From NCBI GenBank assembly GCA_965140585.1, contig OZ223269.1:736001-800000 (forward strand): a DNA stretch of 64,000 nucleotides. The letters run 5' to 3'. Shown piece after piece: positions 30,061-39,603 of this stretch (positions are counted from its first letter, which is position 1; each line of letters begins with the position of its first letter). The notes under the pieces were generated by a model, which made no database searches, was not told the DNA's origin, and saw only the letters and a list, made by a program, of their open reading frames with translations. Both the position numbers and the translations under genes were made by a program. Source of the DNA: Spirochaetia bacterium (GTDB lineage: Bacteria > Spirochaetota > Spirochaetia > UBA9216).

Positions 30061-31675
30061 CTGTGTTCTAACCAGTGTAAAAAACTGGAAGTTTGAAATA
30101 TCCGATATAGACGGAATCCTGAACCCTGTTAAAGATTTTAACAGGGTAACAGGTTCTTCAGAACTGATACTGCGCCTTGTATTTGAACAGCCTCCTGATT
30201 CGGATGAGTTTTATATACACACAGATCTCCCTGAAACTCAATGGGGCAGGATTAAATTTAAAAACAATGAAGATTCCTGTATCTTCACGCTTTCCATAGA
30301 TCTCCCGAAAGGCGGCTTTTTCAGTTTCCGCTTTTTTATGGTACAGGGTCATGATGCCTTCTGGGAGCCCGGCGGCTATCACCGTCTGCTTGTTGATCCT
30401 GAGTTTATGCATAACCTGCGAATGTATACGCTTATTCCTACTGTATCAGGTACTATAGCGGACTGGATTGAGAAACTGGATGAAATCTCTGATCTTGGTT
30501 TTAATGCGGTTCATATACTTCCGTTCACAGCCATGGGGCCTTCTCAAAGTCCTTACGCTGCAGCGGATCTTTTTAAACTCGATTCGAGGTACAGTGGTGA
30601 TGAAACTGATTTTGAACTGTTTGCTCAAAAGGCTGCGGATAAAGGCATCAGGATATGCTTTGACATAGTATTAAACCATTTGAGTGATAAAAATGAACTA
30701 ACAAGAACCAATGGACACTGGTTTATTTCCGACAAGGATCGTAATGACGGACTGAAAAGAGCCGGCTGCTGGCATATGAACAGCTGGATTTCCTGGGAAG
30801 ACCTGGTGCTGATAAACTATGACCATCCTGCAGAAAAAATCAGACATGATATCTATGAATATATGCTTTCATATGTGCTTTTCTGGGTTAAGAAGGTTGA
30901 GAAATGCGGTGCAATAATCCGGCTTGATAATCTGCATTCATCCAATATGGACTTTATAAAGTGGTTTATTCACCGCTTACGGAAGTTCGCACCTGGAATT
31001 ATTATTCTTTCTGAATTTTTTGGTTCAGAAGAAGATCTTATTAAAGGTGTCTCATCACTTGGTCTAAATCTTCTGACGGCAAATACCTGGGAACAGCCCT
31101 TTGCTCCGAGACTTCAGCAATATCTTCAGTTTATCCATGACAGCAAGGATACTCTCCGATACATGATTCAGCCTACTTCACATGACACCGGCGCTGCTGC
31201 ACAGCTTTTCGGAACAGCAATATCTTCAATACCAAGGTATTTCTGCTGTGCTCTTATGGGTACCGGGCAGTCCGGAGCCGTTCAGGGCTTTGAGGCGGGA
31301 TATCCAAGAAAGGTAGAGTTTATCGGTTATCAGGGAAAGGTCGATTTAGGCGGTAACCTTGATTTAACAGATTTTATAAGATCTGTTAACAGCATTCTTT
31401 CAGCTGAGGCGCTGCTGAGAAAGGGCGGAAATATCAAGTTTATTGAAACCGGTAACGACAGCCTGATAGTCTGTGCGCGTACAGACAGTAAGAGCGGCAG
31501 AAAACTGCTTCTTGCCGCAAATTTTAACACTAATGCAGGCGAAAGTTTTTCAGCAGGACATATACCTGATTTTAAGTTAATATATGCTCTGGATGCACAT
31601 ACCGAATATGTAAATGAGCATCTTATTGTTAATTTTGAAAAATGCGGGGTCGCTGCATTACTTATAAAAGAATGA
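30047..31675 (+). CDS. GH13 protein resembling the 4-alpha-glucanotransferase half of eukaryotic glycogen debranching enzyme
   Basis: GGYHRLLVDP, GFNAVHILPF...SPYA, DIVLNH, ISWEDLV, RLDNLHSS, LSEFFGSEED, TSHD. Confidence 0.8.
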   Translation: MLKNNCVLTSVKNWKFEISDIDGILNPVKDFNRVTGSSELILRLVFEQPPDSDEFYIHTDLPETQWGRIKFKNNEDSCIFTLSIDLPKGGFFSFRFFMVQGHDAFWEPGGYHRLLVDPEFMHNLRMYTLIPTVSGTIADWIEKLDEISDLGFNAVHILPFTAMGPSQSPYAAADLFKLDSRYSGDETDFELFAQKAADKGIRICFDIVLNHLSDKNELTRTNGHWFISDKDRNDGLKRAGCWHMNSWISWEDLVLINYDHPAEKIRHDIYEYMLSYVLFWVKKVEKCGAIIRLDNLHSSNMDFIKWFIHRLRKFAPGIIILSEFFGSEEDLIKGVSSLGLNLLTANTWEQPFAPRLQQYLQFIHDSKDTLRYMIQPTSHDTGAAAQLFGTAISSIPRYFCCALMGTGQSGAVQGFEAGYPRKVEFIGYQGKVDLGGNLDLTDFIRSVNSILSAEALLRKGGNIKFIETGNDSLIVCARTDSKSGRKLLLAANFNTNAGESFSAGHIPDFKLIYALDAHTEYVNEHLIVNFEKCGVAALLIKE

Positions 31676-31689
31676 TACCGGAGCTGTAA

Positions 31690-33162
31690 GTGAAAGAAGT
31701 AAAGAAAATACTCATGGTTTCAAGTGAAGCTGTACCATTTGCAAAAACAGGCGGTCTTGCAGAGGTAGTTACAGAGCTCTCACTTCAGTTAAAAAGACTG
31801 GGGTATGATGTAAGAATAATAATGCCGAGATATTATCATATTGATCGTTCAGAACTTAAAAAGCATGATGAAGCCCTGGGAATATGGCTTGGACATGGTG
31901 AAGAATGGACAGCCGTATATGAAACAGTTCTGCCTGATTCTGAAGTTCCGGTTTATTTTCTAGATCATGAGCGTTTTTATGGACGGGACGGTATATATGG
32001 CCATAGACCGGACGAAGGCTTTAAGGACAATGCAGCCCGTTTTGCTTTGCTGTCCAGGGGGGCTTTTCAGCTTTGCCGAATGCTGCACTGGATTCCTGAT
32101 GTCCTGCATTGTCATGACTGGCCGTCAGCGCCGGCATGTTATCTGCTGAAAAAAGAAGAACAGGCAACAGAGTTTTCTGACACATCAAGTGTTCTGACCA
32201 TTCACAATCTCGGCTATCAGGGTATTTTTGATCTGAATGATGTTGTTTACCTTCAAAAAGAGACTGATCGACTGAATCTTTCGGCGCTTGAGTTCTCGGG
32301 CGCACTGAACTTTCTGAAATCAGGAATAATAACCGCTGATAAAATTACAACAGTGTCTCCGAATTACGCCGAAGAAATTAAACGTCCTGAACACGGTTTT
32401 AATATGGACGGACTGCTCAATTACAGGCACGAGGACCTTCACGGAATTCTTAACGGTATTGATTACGACGTCTGGTCACCTGAAAAGGACAAGTACATCG
32501 AGCCTGATAATTTCAGTGCTGATTCACTTAAGAATAAAGCTTCTGTCAAAAAACTCCTGCAGAAGGAAATTGGCCTGAAGGTTGATCCGAAGGTGCCGCT
32601 GGTTGGAATGATAAGCCGACTGGTAGAGCAGAAGGGCTTTAAGGAACTATGCGCTCCGAATTATGGATCTCTGTATTCGATTTGCAGCAGTATGAACGTA
32701 CAGTTTGTGCTTCTCGGCAGCGGAGATCGCTGGTGTGAAGATGAACTCAACAGTCTGGCTCAGGGGCTTCCTAATTTATCTGTTTATATCGGGTTTAATA
32801 ACCGTCTGGCACATCTGATCGAGGCCGGTTCTGATTTTTTCCTTATGCCCAGCATTTATGAACCCTGCGGCCTGAACCAGATTTACTCGCTTTCCTACGG
32901 AACGCTGCCGATAGTTCGCTCTACAGGCGGTTTAGCCGATACTGTTGAAAATTATAATCAGGAAACCGGCAGCGGTACAGGCTTCGTCTTTGATGATATA
33001 AACCCGGAGGTTCTGTATAATGTAATTCACTGGGTGGTCGATACATGGGAGAACAGACGGCCTCATATTACAAAAATGCGGAAAGCTGCTATGAAAAAAA
33101 GATTCGACTGGGTGAAATCCGCCGAAGCTTATATCGAAATATATGAGAGTATGAAGGATTAA
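31690..33162 (+). CDS. glgA: glycogen synthase (GT5)
   Basis: SEAVPFAKTGGLA, HCHDW, HNLGYQG, EPCGLNQ, TGGLADTV; GTG start. Confidence 0.96.
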   Translation: MKEVKKILMVSSEAVPFAKTGGLAEVVTELSLQLKRLGYDVRIIMPRYYHIDRSELKKHDEALGIWLGHGEEWTAVYETVLPDSEVPVYFLDHERFYGRDGIYGHRPDEGFKDNAARFALLSRGAFQLCRMLHWIPDVLHCHDWPSAPACYLLKKEEQATEFSDTSSVLTIHNLGYQGIFDLNDVVYLQKETDRLNLSALEFSGALNFLKSGIITADKITTVSPNYAEEIKRPEHGFNMDGLLNYRHEDLHGILNGIDYDVWSPEKDKYIEPDNFSADSLKNKASVKKLLQKEIGLKVDPKVPLVGMISRLVEQKGFKELCAPNYGSLYSICSSMNVQFVLLGSGDRWCEDELNSLAQGLPNLSVYIGFNNRLAHLIEAGSDFFLMPSIYEPCGLNQIYSLSYGTLPIVRSTGGLADTVENYNQETGSGTGFVFDDINPEVLYNVIHWVVDTWENRRPHITKMRKAAMKKRFDWVKSAEAYIEIYESMKD

Positions 33163-33165
33163 ATT

Positions 33166-34131
33166 TCAGTCTTCCTGATCATCAATCTGCAGTATTTCTT
33201 CATCATCAAGGTAAAGTCCATGCTGCTTTGGAATGGCTCCGGAACTTATTTTCTGAATCAGCCGTAGAAGTTCCCTGCTGAAAGGGCTGTCAGGCGATTC
33301 AAGTACTGCAGGTTTTCGTGAAAATATTGACCGTCCGACACTTTGATCATCAGGCAGGCTGCCGATATCTTCAACTTCAATTCCAATATTTTTAACAGTT
33401 ATTTCTCTCAACTTTGAACCAAGAGCACTGTTGCCTGCATCAGAAACCCGGTTAAGTACTATCCAGGGGAAAAAGTCATGCAGTTTACTTTCTGCAACTT
33501 CACCGGAATGCCTGGAATATCCGTATAATTCATTTATTAAATCGGCACTGAAAGATCTACCCGATCCTTCAAGCTTCTGTGAAACAAAGTCCTGTATAAT
33601 TTTTCTTTCATCACTTTTCGCCTTGAAACTTCTGAAAAGCAGTCTGAAAACAGCGGTTTTTATAAAGGAGTAGGCATTCAGGATTGATGTAGTTTCAGGC
33701 GTGGTAATAATAATTCCGGGACTTGAAATAAGAAAAAAATCTATAGTGTTGTAGGCAGTGCCGGCACCAAGATCGAGCAGTACATAATCTGCTTCAATTT
33801 CAAGAATCTGTTTTATTATCCTTTGTTTAATAAAAAAGGGCAGATTTCCAGTCCCGGGATACAGCATGTCGCCTGGAATCATAAAAAGATTATCGTTGAT
33901 TGCCGGTACCATAATATCTTCAATATTCGATTCCTGTTTATTGATGAAGGCTCCCATACCGTTATGACGGTTTCGTACGCCAAGACAGGTGTGAAGATTA
34001 CTTCCACCTAAATCGAGATCAATTAACACAGTTTTAAATCCTAAGTTGGACAGGTGTACTCCGGCCGATCCGGTGATTACTGTTTTTCCGACGCCGCCTT
34101 TTCCGCTTGCTATTGGTAAAATTACTGCCAT
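33166..34131 (-). CDS. MinD/FlhG-family P-loop ATPase
   Basis: ASGKGGVGKT, DLDLGGSNLHT, DLGAGT, TPETTS. Start MAVIL at 34131. Confidence 0.88.
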   Translation of the reverse strand: MAVILPIASGKGGVGKTVITGSAGVHLSNLGFKTVLIDLDLGGSNLHTCLGVRNRHNGMGAFINKQESNIEDIMVPAINDNLFMIPGDMLYPGTGNLPFFIKQRIIKQILEIEADYVLLDLGAGTAYNTIDFFLISSPGIIITTPETTSILNAYSFIKTAVFRLLFRSFKAKSDERKIIQDFVSQKLEGSGRSFSADLINELYGYSRHSGEVAESKLHDFFPWIVLNRVSDAGNSALGSKLREITVKNIGIEVEDIGSLPDDQSVGRSIFSRKPAVLESPDSPFSRELLRLIQKISSGAIPKQHGLYLDDEEILQIDDQED

Positions 34132-34209
34132 ACTTTCAGAATAGCGGAGGCCCGTGTATATTGCAAACAAAAAATTGTATTTAAAATTAAAATAAGATAT
34201 CATTAGCTG

Positions 34210-34869
34210 ATGAAAGTAACTGCATTCAGCGGAAGCCCGCGTAAAAATTCAAACAGCAGAAGAATATTGGATTCTTTTTTAAAAGGAGCAGAGACTGCAG
34301 GCGCAGAGATTAGTCTGTATGAAACTGATAAACTTGATATAAAGCCCTGTACGGGCTGCCTTGTGTGTAATGTAAAGAAGAAATGCATTATTAAAAATGA
34401 CGAATGGCAAGCCCTAAGCAGTGAGATACTGGCTTCGGACATCCTTGTTTTTGCAACACCGGTTTATTTTCATCATATGACAGCTTCACTGAAAAAAATA
34501 CTTGATCGGTTCAGATCATTTATCACGGTTCAAATTACAAGGGAAGGTATTCTTCATACTCCCAACATAGCCTGGTCGAAGAAGTTTCACCTTATAACTG
34601 CTATGGGCAGCAGCTCGGATGAAGATGCGGAGCCTCTTGTAGATCTTTTTAAATTCATAACTTCAGATTTTGGTGAAGGAAACAGTTTTACCTGTCAAAA
34701 CTCAACCAGACTTGCTGTTTCAGGTCAGCTTGATATGAATGCTTCAAGACTGAAGGCTCTGTATCGAATGATGAAGATTCCCGAAGATCTTGCCCAGCCA
34801 GATTATGAACGCAATCTTCAAATTCTGAAAGAGGCTGAAGAAACCGGTTATAAACTTGCCATGGAGTAG
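34210..34869 (+). CDS. flavodoxin family / iron-sulfur flavoprotein
   Basis: GSPRKNSNS, CTGCLVC..C, ATPVYF. Confidence 0.85.
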   Translation: MKVTAFSGSPRKNSNSRRILDSFLKGAETAGAEISLYETDKLDIKPCTGCLVCNVKKKCIIKNDEWQALSSEILASDILVFATPVYFHHMTASLKKILDRFRSFITVQITREGILHTPNIAWSKKFHLITAMGSSSDEDAEPLVDLFKFITSDFGEGNSFTCQNSTRLAVSGQLDMNASRLKALYRMMKIPEDLAQPDYERNLQILKEAEETGYKLAME

Positions 34870-34872
34870 TTT

Positions 34873-37092
34873 ATGTTTGATATAGAAAAATCACTCGAAC
34901 AGCAGATCCTGTCATTTAATCGCTCAAGACCGGTGGTGATCTTCACTGAATCTGTTGATATCAGGGTGCTCGAAGCCGTATCGTACCTATGCCGTTATAT
35001 AAAACCTGTTCTGCTGGTATCTGAAGACCGAATTCGCTCTCTATATGAGAACGAGGCGGCTGATATTGACAGGAGCCGTGTAGAATTCACAATTTCAGAA
35101 TCACGATTTATAAATATTGCAGCTGAACATGGTATTCTGGATGAATTCTGTGTTTTTTACAGCAGCCAGCTTGAATCTGAAGGAATCAAACCAAAGCTTG
35201 AGGAGGTAAAAGCTTCAGTTTCGGATCCGTGCCTGTTCGGAATTCTATGTGTTAAATTCGGATATGCGGATATGGTCGTGGGCGGAATAACGCATGAACC
35301 AATATCTTTTTTCAGACCGATGCTGAAGTATCTGAAAAAAAGGAAAGTTCAGTGTGAAACAGGTATTTTTGTTTTATCAGATGAGCATTCTGAAAAGGTT
35401 TTTCCAAAGAATATAATTGTATTTGGGGATGTCGGTGTTAATGCGACCATGGATGAAGAAACCCTTGCAAATATAGCCGTTGATATCTGCACTATTACAA
35501 GAAATATTATCCCTGAAGAGGTTCTGTCCAATATAAACGGAGCAATTGTTTCATATTCCAATCACGGCTCGGATGAAGGCCCTTCACCGAAACTTGTTAA
35601 TAAGGCTTCCTCCCTTGTTCCCGGACTGCTCAAAAAGTACATCAGTATGGATCGGCGTTACCTGACAATAAACATTGAAGGTGAGGTCAAGGTCAATGTT
35701 GCCCTGTCTGAAAGGTCTGCAATGTATTACAGCAAGCCTGGAGAAAAAGACTGGAAGGGAGGAACAAATGTAATAATATGTCCAAACCTTGATATGGGAA
35801 ATATGCTGTACCATCTTTATGCTACACGTTTCCCCGATGCCAAAAAATTTACCATAATTTCAGGCATAGGGTTTTCTGCTGTTGATCTTGCAAAGGACTG
35901 CAGCGCTGATGACATCCGTCTTGCTATTAAAGCAACAATGCTTAATCTTTTTCAGAAAGAAAATTGGGATAAGACTCCGCATGATCATTTTTTTCCGATG
36001 TATCGAATTCTGTCTATTAATCCCGGGTCAACTTCAACAAAGGTTAGTCTTTATGAGGGAGAATACCGGATTCTCTCAGAAGAACTGCAGCATAAGCCTG
36101 AAGAATTGAAAGAGTTTGAGAATAAACCTGTAACAGCGCAGTTTGAATACCGCAAGAGGATGGTTGAAAAATTTCTTACGGACAATGGCTACTACATTAA
36201 GGATCTTGATGCTGTGTCGGCCAGGGGCGGCCTGCTCAAGCCAATTCCACATGGAACCTATGCCGTAAATGAACTTATGCTTAAGCATTTAAAAGCTGGT
36301 ATAAGCGGGGAGCATGCATCAAATCTTGGGGGAATAATCGCTGATTCTCTTACAAAAGGCAGCGCTGTCCCCTCATTTATTACTGACCCCGTGGTTGTTG
36401 ATGAGGCTGATGACAGGGTTAAGATAACCGGAATAAAAAGCATTAAAAGAGAAATTATCAGTCATGCCTTGAATCAGATAGCCTCGGCCAGAAAGTATGC
36501 GTATGAGAACGAGACTTTCTATGAAAACATAAATGTCATTGTCTGCCATATGGGCGGCGGTATTTCCATCGGAGCGCATCACAGGGGGCGATATGTCGAT
36601 GTAAACAATGCTCTGAACGGTGAAGGCCCCTTTTCACCTCAGAGATCCGGGACTCTACCGGCCGGCGCTTTGATAGATCTCTGTTTTTCCGGCACATTAA
36701 GCGAAAAAGAGATAAGACGTCTGAATGTCGGAGGCGGAGGTTTATATGACCTGCTCGGAACTACAGATCTGAGAGAAATCATTGAACAGGCAAAGACCGA
36801 TACCTATGCTGAAACAGTACTTGAAGCCCTCGTATATCAGACTGCAAAGACGATAACCTCCTTACTTCCGGCTTTTAACGGGGAGGCGGTAGAGCAGGTA
36901 ATTCTTACCGGAGGAATGGTTAGGAGTGATTTGCTGGTTTCCAGGATAGAGGGTCTCATCATTCAGCTTAACTGCGGAATAACAGTTTACCCCGGTGAAA
37001 ACGAAATGGACGCTCTTGCAGCCGGTGCGGTAAGAGTACTCCAGGGGAAGGAGCAGATAAAACAATACAGTGCTGAACTTTTTACTAATTAA
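34873..37092 (+). CDS. fusion of phosphate acetyl/butyryltransferase and butyrate kinase
   Basis: N-terminal PTA_PTB-like half (ESVDIRVLEA, GDVGVN, SYSNHGS, PNLDMGN, DLAKDCS); C-terminal Buk (INPGSTSTK, RGGLLKP, HASNLG, DPVVVDE, HALNQ, HMGGGIS, YPGENEM). Confidence 0.9.
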   Translation: MFDIEKSLEQQILSFNRSRPVVIFTESVDIRVLEAVSYLCRYIKPVLLVSEDRIRSLYENEAADIDRSRVEFTISESRFINIAAEHGILDEFCVFYSSQLESEGIKPKLEEVKASVSDPCLFGILCVKFGYADMVVGGITHEPISFFRPMLKYLKKRKVQCETGIFVLSDEHSEKVFPKNIIVFGDVGVNATMDEETLANIAVDICTITRNIIPEEVLSNINGAIVSYSNHGSDEGPSPKLVNKASSLVPGLLKKYISMDRRYLTINIEGEVKVNVALSERSAMYYSKPGEKDWKGGTNVIICPNLDMGNMLYHLYATRFPDAKKFTIISGIGFSAVDLAKDCSADDIRLAIKATMLNLFQKENWDKTPHDHFFPMYRILSINPGSTSTKVSLYEGEYRILSEELQHKPEELKEFENKPVTAQFEYRKRMVEKFLTDNGYYIKDLDAVSARGGLLKPIPHGTYAVNELMLKHLKAGISGEHASNLGGIIADSLTKGSAVPSFITDPVVVDEADDRVKITGIKSIKREIISHALNQIASARKYAYENETFYENINVIVCHMGGGISIGAHHRGRYVDVNNALNGEGPFSPQRSGTLPAGALIDLCFSGTLSEKEIRRLNVGGGGLYDLLGTTDLREIIEQAKTDTYAETVLEALVYQTAKTITSLLPAFNGEAVEQVILTGGMVRSDLLVSRIEGLIIQLNCGITVYPGENEMDALAAGAVRVLQGKEQIKQYSAELFTN

Positions 37093-37139
37093 AGATCTGA
37101 TATAGAAAAATATCAGCAATTTAAATATACTCCTTTGCA

Positions 37140-37784
37140 ATGAAAGAATACAAGTACTACTTTTTTGATGTCGACGGCACCCTTCTCGATACTATAGAGC
37201 TTATTTACCAGACTTTTCACTATACATGTCTAAAATACGGTAATTATGAAATTGACCGTAAAGATGTTACAAAGCATGTAGGTATCCCCATTATGCAGCA
37301 GATGAAAATGTATTTTAAAGATTATTCTGATGAACAGCTGAATGGAATTCTCGATTCTCACAGGGAATATCAGAAACAGATTTACAGGGAATATCTTAAG
37401 CTGTTTCCGGATACCATAGATATTCTGAAAAAACTGAAAGATAAAAAGAAAAAAACTGCTCTGGTTACTTCAAGATCTCTTGATTCTCTGAACAGATATC
37501 TGCAGCACTTCAAGCTGGAAGATACCTTTGATCTGGTAGTTACACCGGAATCGACCGAAAAGCACAAACCGCATCCTGAACCGGTATTGTTTGCACTTGA
37601 TTATTTTAATGCCGGAAAGGAAGATGCTGTCTTTATTGGTGACGCAGAGTTTGATATTAAAAGCGGCTTCACTGCCGGAGTAGATACTGCATTTGCATCA
37701 TGGGGTCCGAACAATCCCGATGAACTTAAAACCCGTCCTGTGTATATACTTAATAATCTCAAGGAGCTTATTGCTGATATTTAA
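37140..37784 (+). CDS. HAD-superfamily hydrolase (PpaX/Gph-like)
   Basis: FDVDGTL, KPHPEP, IGDAEFD. Confidence 0.9.
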   Translation: MKEYKYYFFDVDGTLLDTIELIYQTFHYTCLKYGNYEIDRKDVTKHVGIPIMQQMKMYFKDYSDEQLNGILDSHREYQKQIYREYLKLFPDTIDILKKLKDKKKKTALVTSRSLDSLNRYLQHFKLEDTFDLVVTPESTEKHKPHPEPVLFALDYFNAGKEDAVFIGDAEFDIKSGFTAGVDTAFASWGPNNPDELKTRPVYILNNLKELIADI

Positions 37785-38746
37785 TGAATCAAAAATTGAA
37801 TTTGCCTGCAAACCTATCTGTAAAACAGGATGGCTGGGGAGTCTCTCCATGTTCCGATTGTGATAATACCCCCTGTTGTAAAAATCTTCCGCTGGATATA
37901 TTAAAACTGCAGAATTATTCCGATATGGTAAACCTTCAGTTAAGTTCAGTATTCAGGGATATATATCTGGTATTGAAAAAAAGCGGTGAATGGAACCTGT
38001 ATCTACGGCGTAACTGTTTATTTGTTGATGCAGACAGCGGCAAGTGCCTTATTCATGCAATGCCGAATCAAAGTCTTATCTGTAAATCATATGATGCCCA
38101 TAGATGCTGGTATAAAGAAGCATTCAAGGCACACAGCAGTACTCTGATTAAATTTACTGGTGGAATGCTTGACGATTTTGAACATTCTTTAACCTGTGCT
38201 AACGGGAAATTTGACTGTGAATCCTATGATTTTGATACTTTGAGATCTACAATAACTGATGATTTTAATAAGCCGGTCAGTCAGAGACGTAATAGTAAAA
38301 GAGATTACAGACAGTACACTCTCTCTTATAAAAAAGCCTATGACCCGGATTTTCTCTTTCTTCCGCCCTATATAAAACCTTCGAGTATTAATCACCTTGA
38401 ACTTGCAGAATTCCGGCTTGGATTCCCCGGTGTCTATCTGGCTGTAGCAGATAACTGCTGGGCTTATTTGATAAAAACTTCTTTAGACCTTAAACGGCTG
38501 CAAATTATCCGGAAGAACCTTCCCTCAGTTGCTCCACAGGATTTCAGTTACAGTTTTAAAAGTTTCCAAAGAAATAGTCAGCCCTTTTCTGAAATAGGGG
38601 AAAAATTCGTTGTATTGCGAAAGGATAATCTGCCACTTTTAAAAAGTATGGTTAAGACGGATGCTGCCGGCAGAATAAAACGATTGCCGACAACTTATGA
38701 AATATATTTCGCACTCAAAAAAGACCGCCCTGAAAGGGCAGCCTGA
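37784..38746 (+). CDS. YkgJ/CxxCxxCC-like cysteine-cluster protein
   Basis: CSDCDNTPCC...CLF...CLIH...ICKSY...CWY. Confidence 0.7.
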   Translation: MNQKLNLPANLSVKQDGWGVSPCSDCDNTPCCKNLPLDILKLQNYSDMVNLQLSSVFRDIYLVLKKSGEWNLYLRRNCLFVDADSGKCLIHAMPNQSLICKSYDAHRCWYKEAFKAHSSTLIKFTGGMLDDFEHSLTCANGKFDCESYDFDTLRSTITDDFNKPVSQRRNSKRDYRQYTLSYKKAYDPDFLFLPPYIKPSSINHLELAEFRLGFPGVYLAVADNCWAYLIKTSLDLKRLQIIRKNLPSVAPQDFSYSFKSFQRNSQPFSEIGEKFVVLRKDNLPLLKSMVKTDAAGRIKRLPTTYEIYFALKKDRPERAA

Positions 38747-39586
38747 CTAAAGTTTTTTATCTAAAAGTTTATCCAGTGATTCCTGAGACGCATGCAGGGT
38801 CTGTGAAATTGAATTAGCGTCCTTAAGCAGGGCAAACACCTTTTCAAGTGATTTCAATCCATCAGTCATCGCATCCGTCTGTTCTGTGACTGCTGCGTTG
38901 ATTTCCGCAAGTCTGTATCCGGAATCAGAGAGACTTTTTTCGTTCTGCTGAAAGGTTTCACTGGTATTTGCAAGTTCATCACGTGAGCTGTTTAACAGCA
39001 GTACGAGTTTATTAAAATTTTCCTGAATTTTGTTAATGCCGCTGTTAAACTCATTAATAGTGCCGGATATTGTTGTAGCAAAATCCTGGGTTTGCTCGGA
39101 AAGCTTTCTGATTTCCTTTGCAATAATATGAAAACCACGTCCTGCATTTCCGGCACGTGCAGCTTCAATTGATGCATTTATTGCAAGAATATTTGTCTGC
39201 TGGGCAACATCTTCAATTGCCTCAGTAATTTCCCGAACCTTGTAGGATTGCTGTTCAAGAGAATTGAAAAGTTTAAAAATCTTTTCAGATTCAGTGGTCG
39301 CTGTGGAAATTTCACTCACATTCTTTTGAATGTTCCTGTTTATAAGCGTTGAGGACTCGATAATGCTGTCCATTGCATTATTAATGCTCTTGGTATTGGC
39401 TGAAGTGCTTTGAGATGTTGCACGGACTTCTTCAAAGCTGGTAACAACGGTTTCAAGGGCATTATGGATAGCTGATATTTTTCTGGCTATTATATTCATC
39501 GCATTCTGAGTAATGCGGGAAAGTATAATACCCTTATTGTATCCGACTGTCAGCAGAGTCAGAGTTTTGCGAATAAATTTATTCAT
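38747..39586 (-). CDS. soluble methyl-accepting chemotaxis protein
   Basis: [23 protein letters not shown] signalling hairpin; no transmembrane or sensor domain. Confidence 0.92.
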   Translation of the reverse strand: MNKFIRKTLTLLTVGYNKGIILSRITQNAMNIIARKISAIHNALETVVTSFEEVRATSQSTSANTKSINNAMDSIIESSTLINRNIQKNVSEISTATTESEKIFKLFNSLEQQSYKVREITEAIEDVAQQTNILAINASIEAARAGNAGRGFHIIAKEIRKLSEQTQDFATTISGTINEFNSGINKIQENFNKLVLLLNSSRDELANTSETFQQNEKSLSDSGYRLAEINAAVTEQTDAMTDGLKSLEKVFALLKDANSISQTLHASQESLDKLLDKKL

Positions 39587-39603
39587 ATTCCAATCAGCCT
39601 GCC

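Noticed and set aside
30047-31675. GlgE maltosyltransferase identity
   Set aside because: It shares RxDNxH but has DIVLNH and TSHD rather than the GlgE DxAxQC and NTPD motifs, and no treS/mak genes are nearby.
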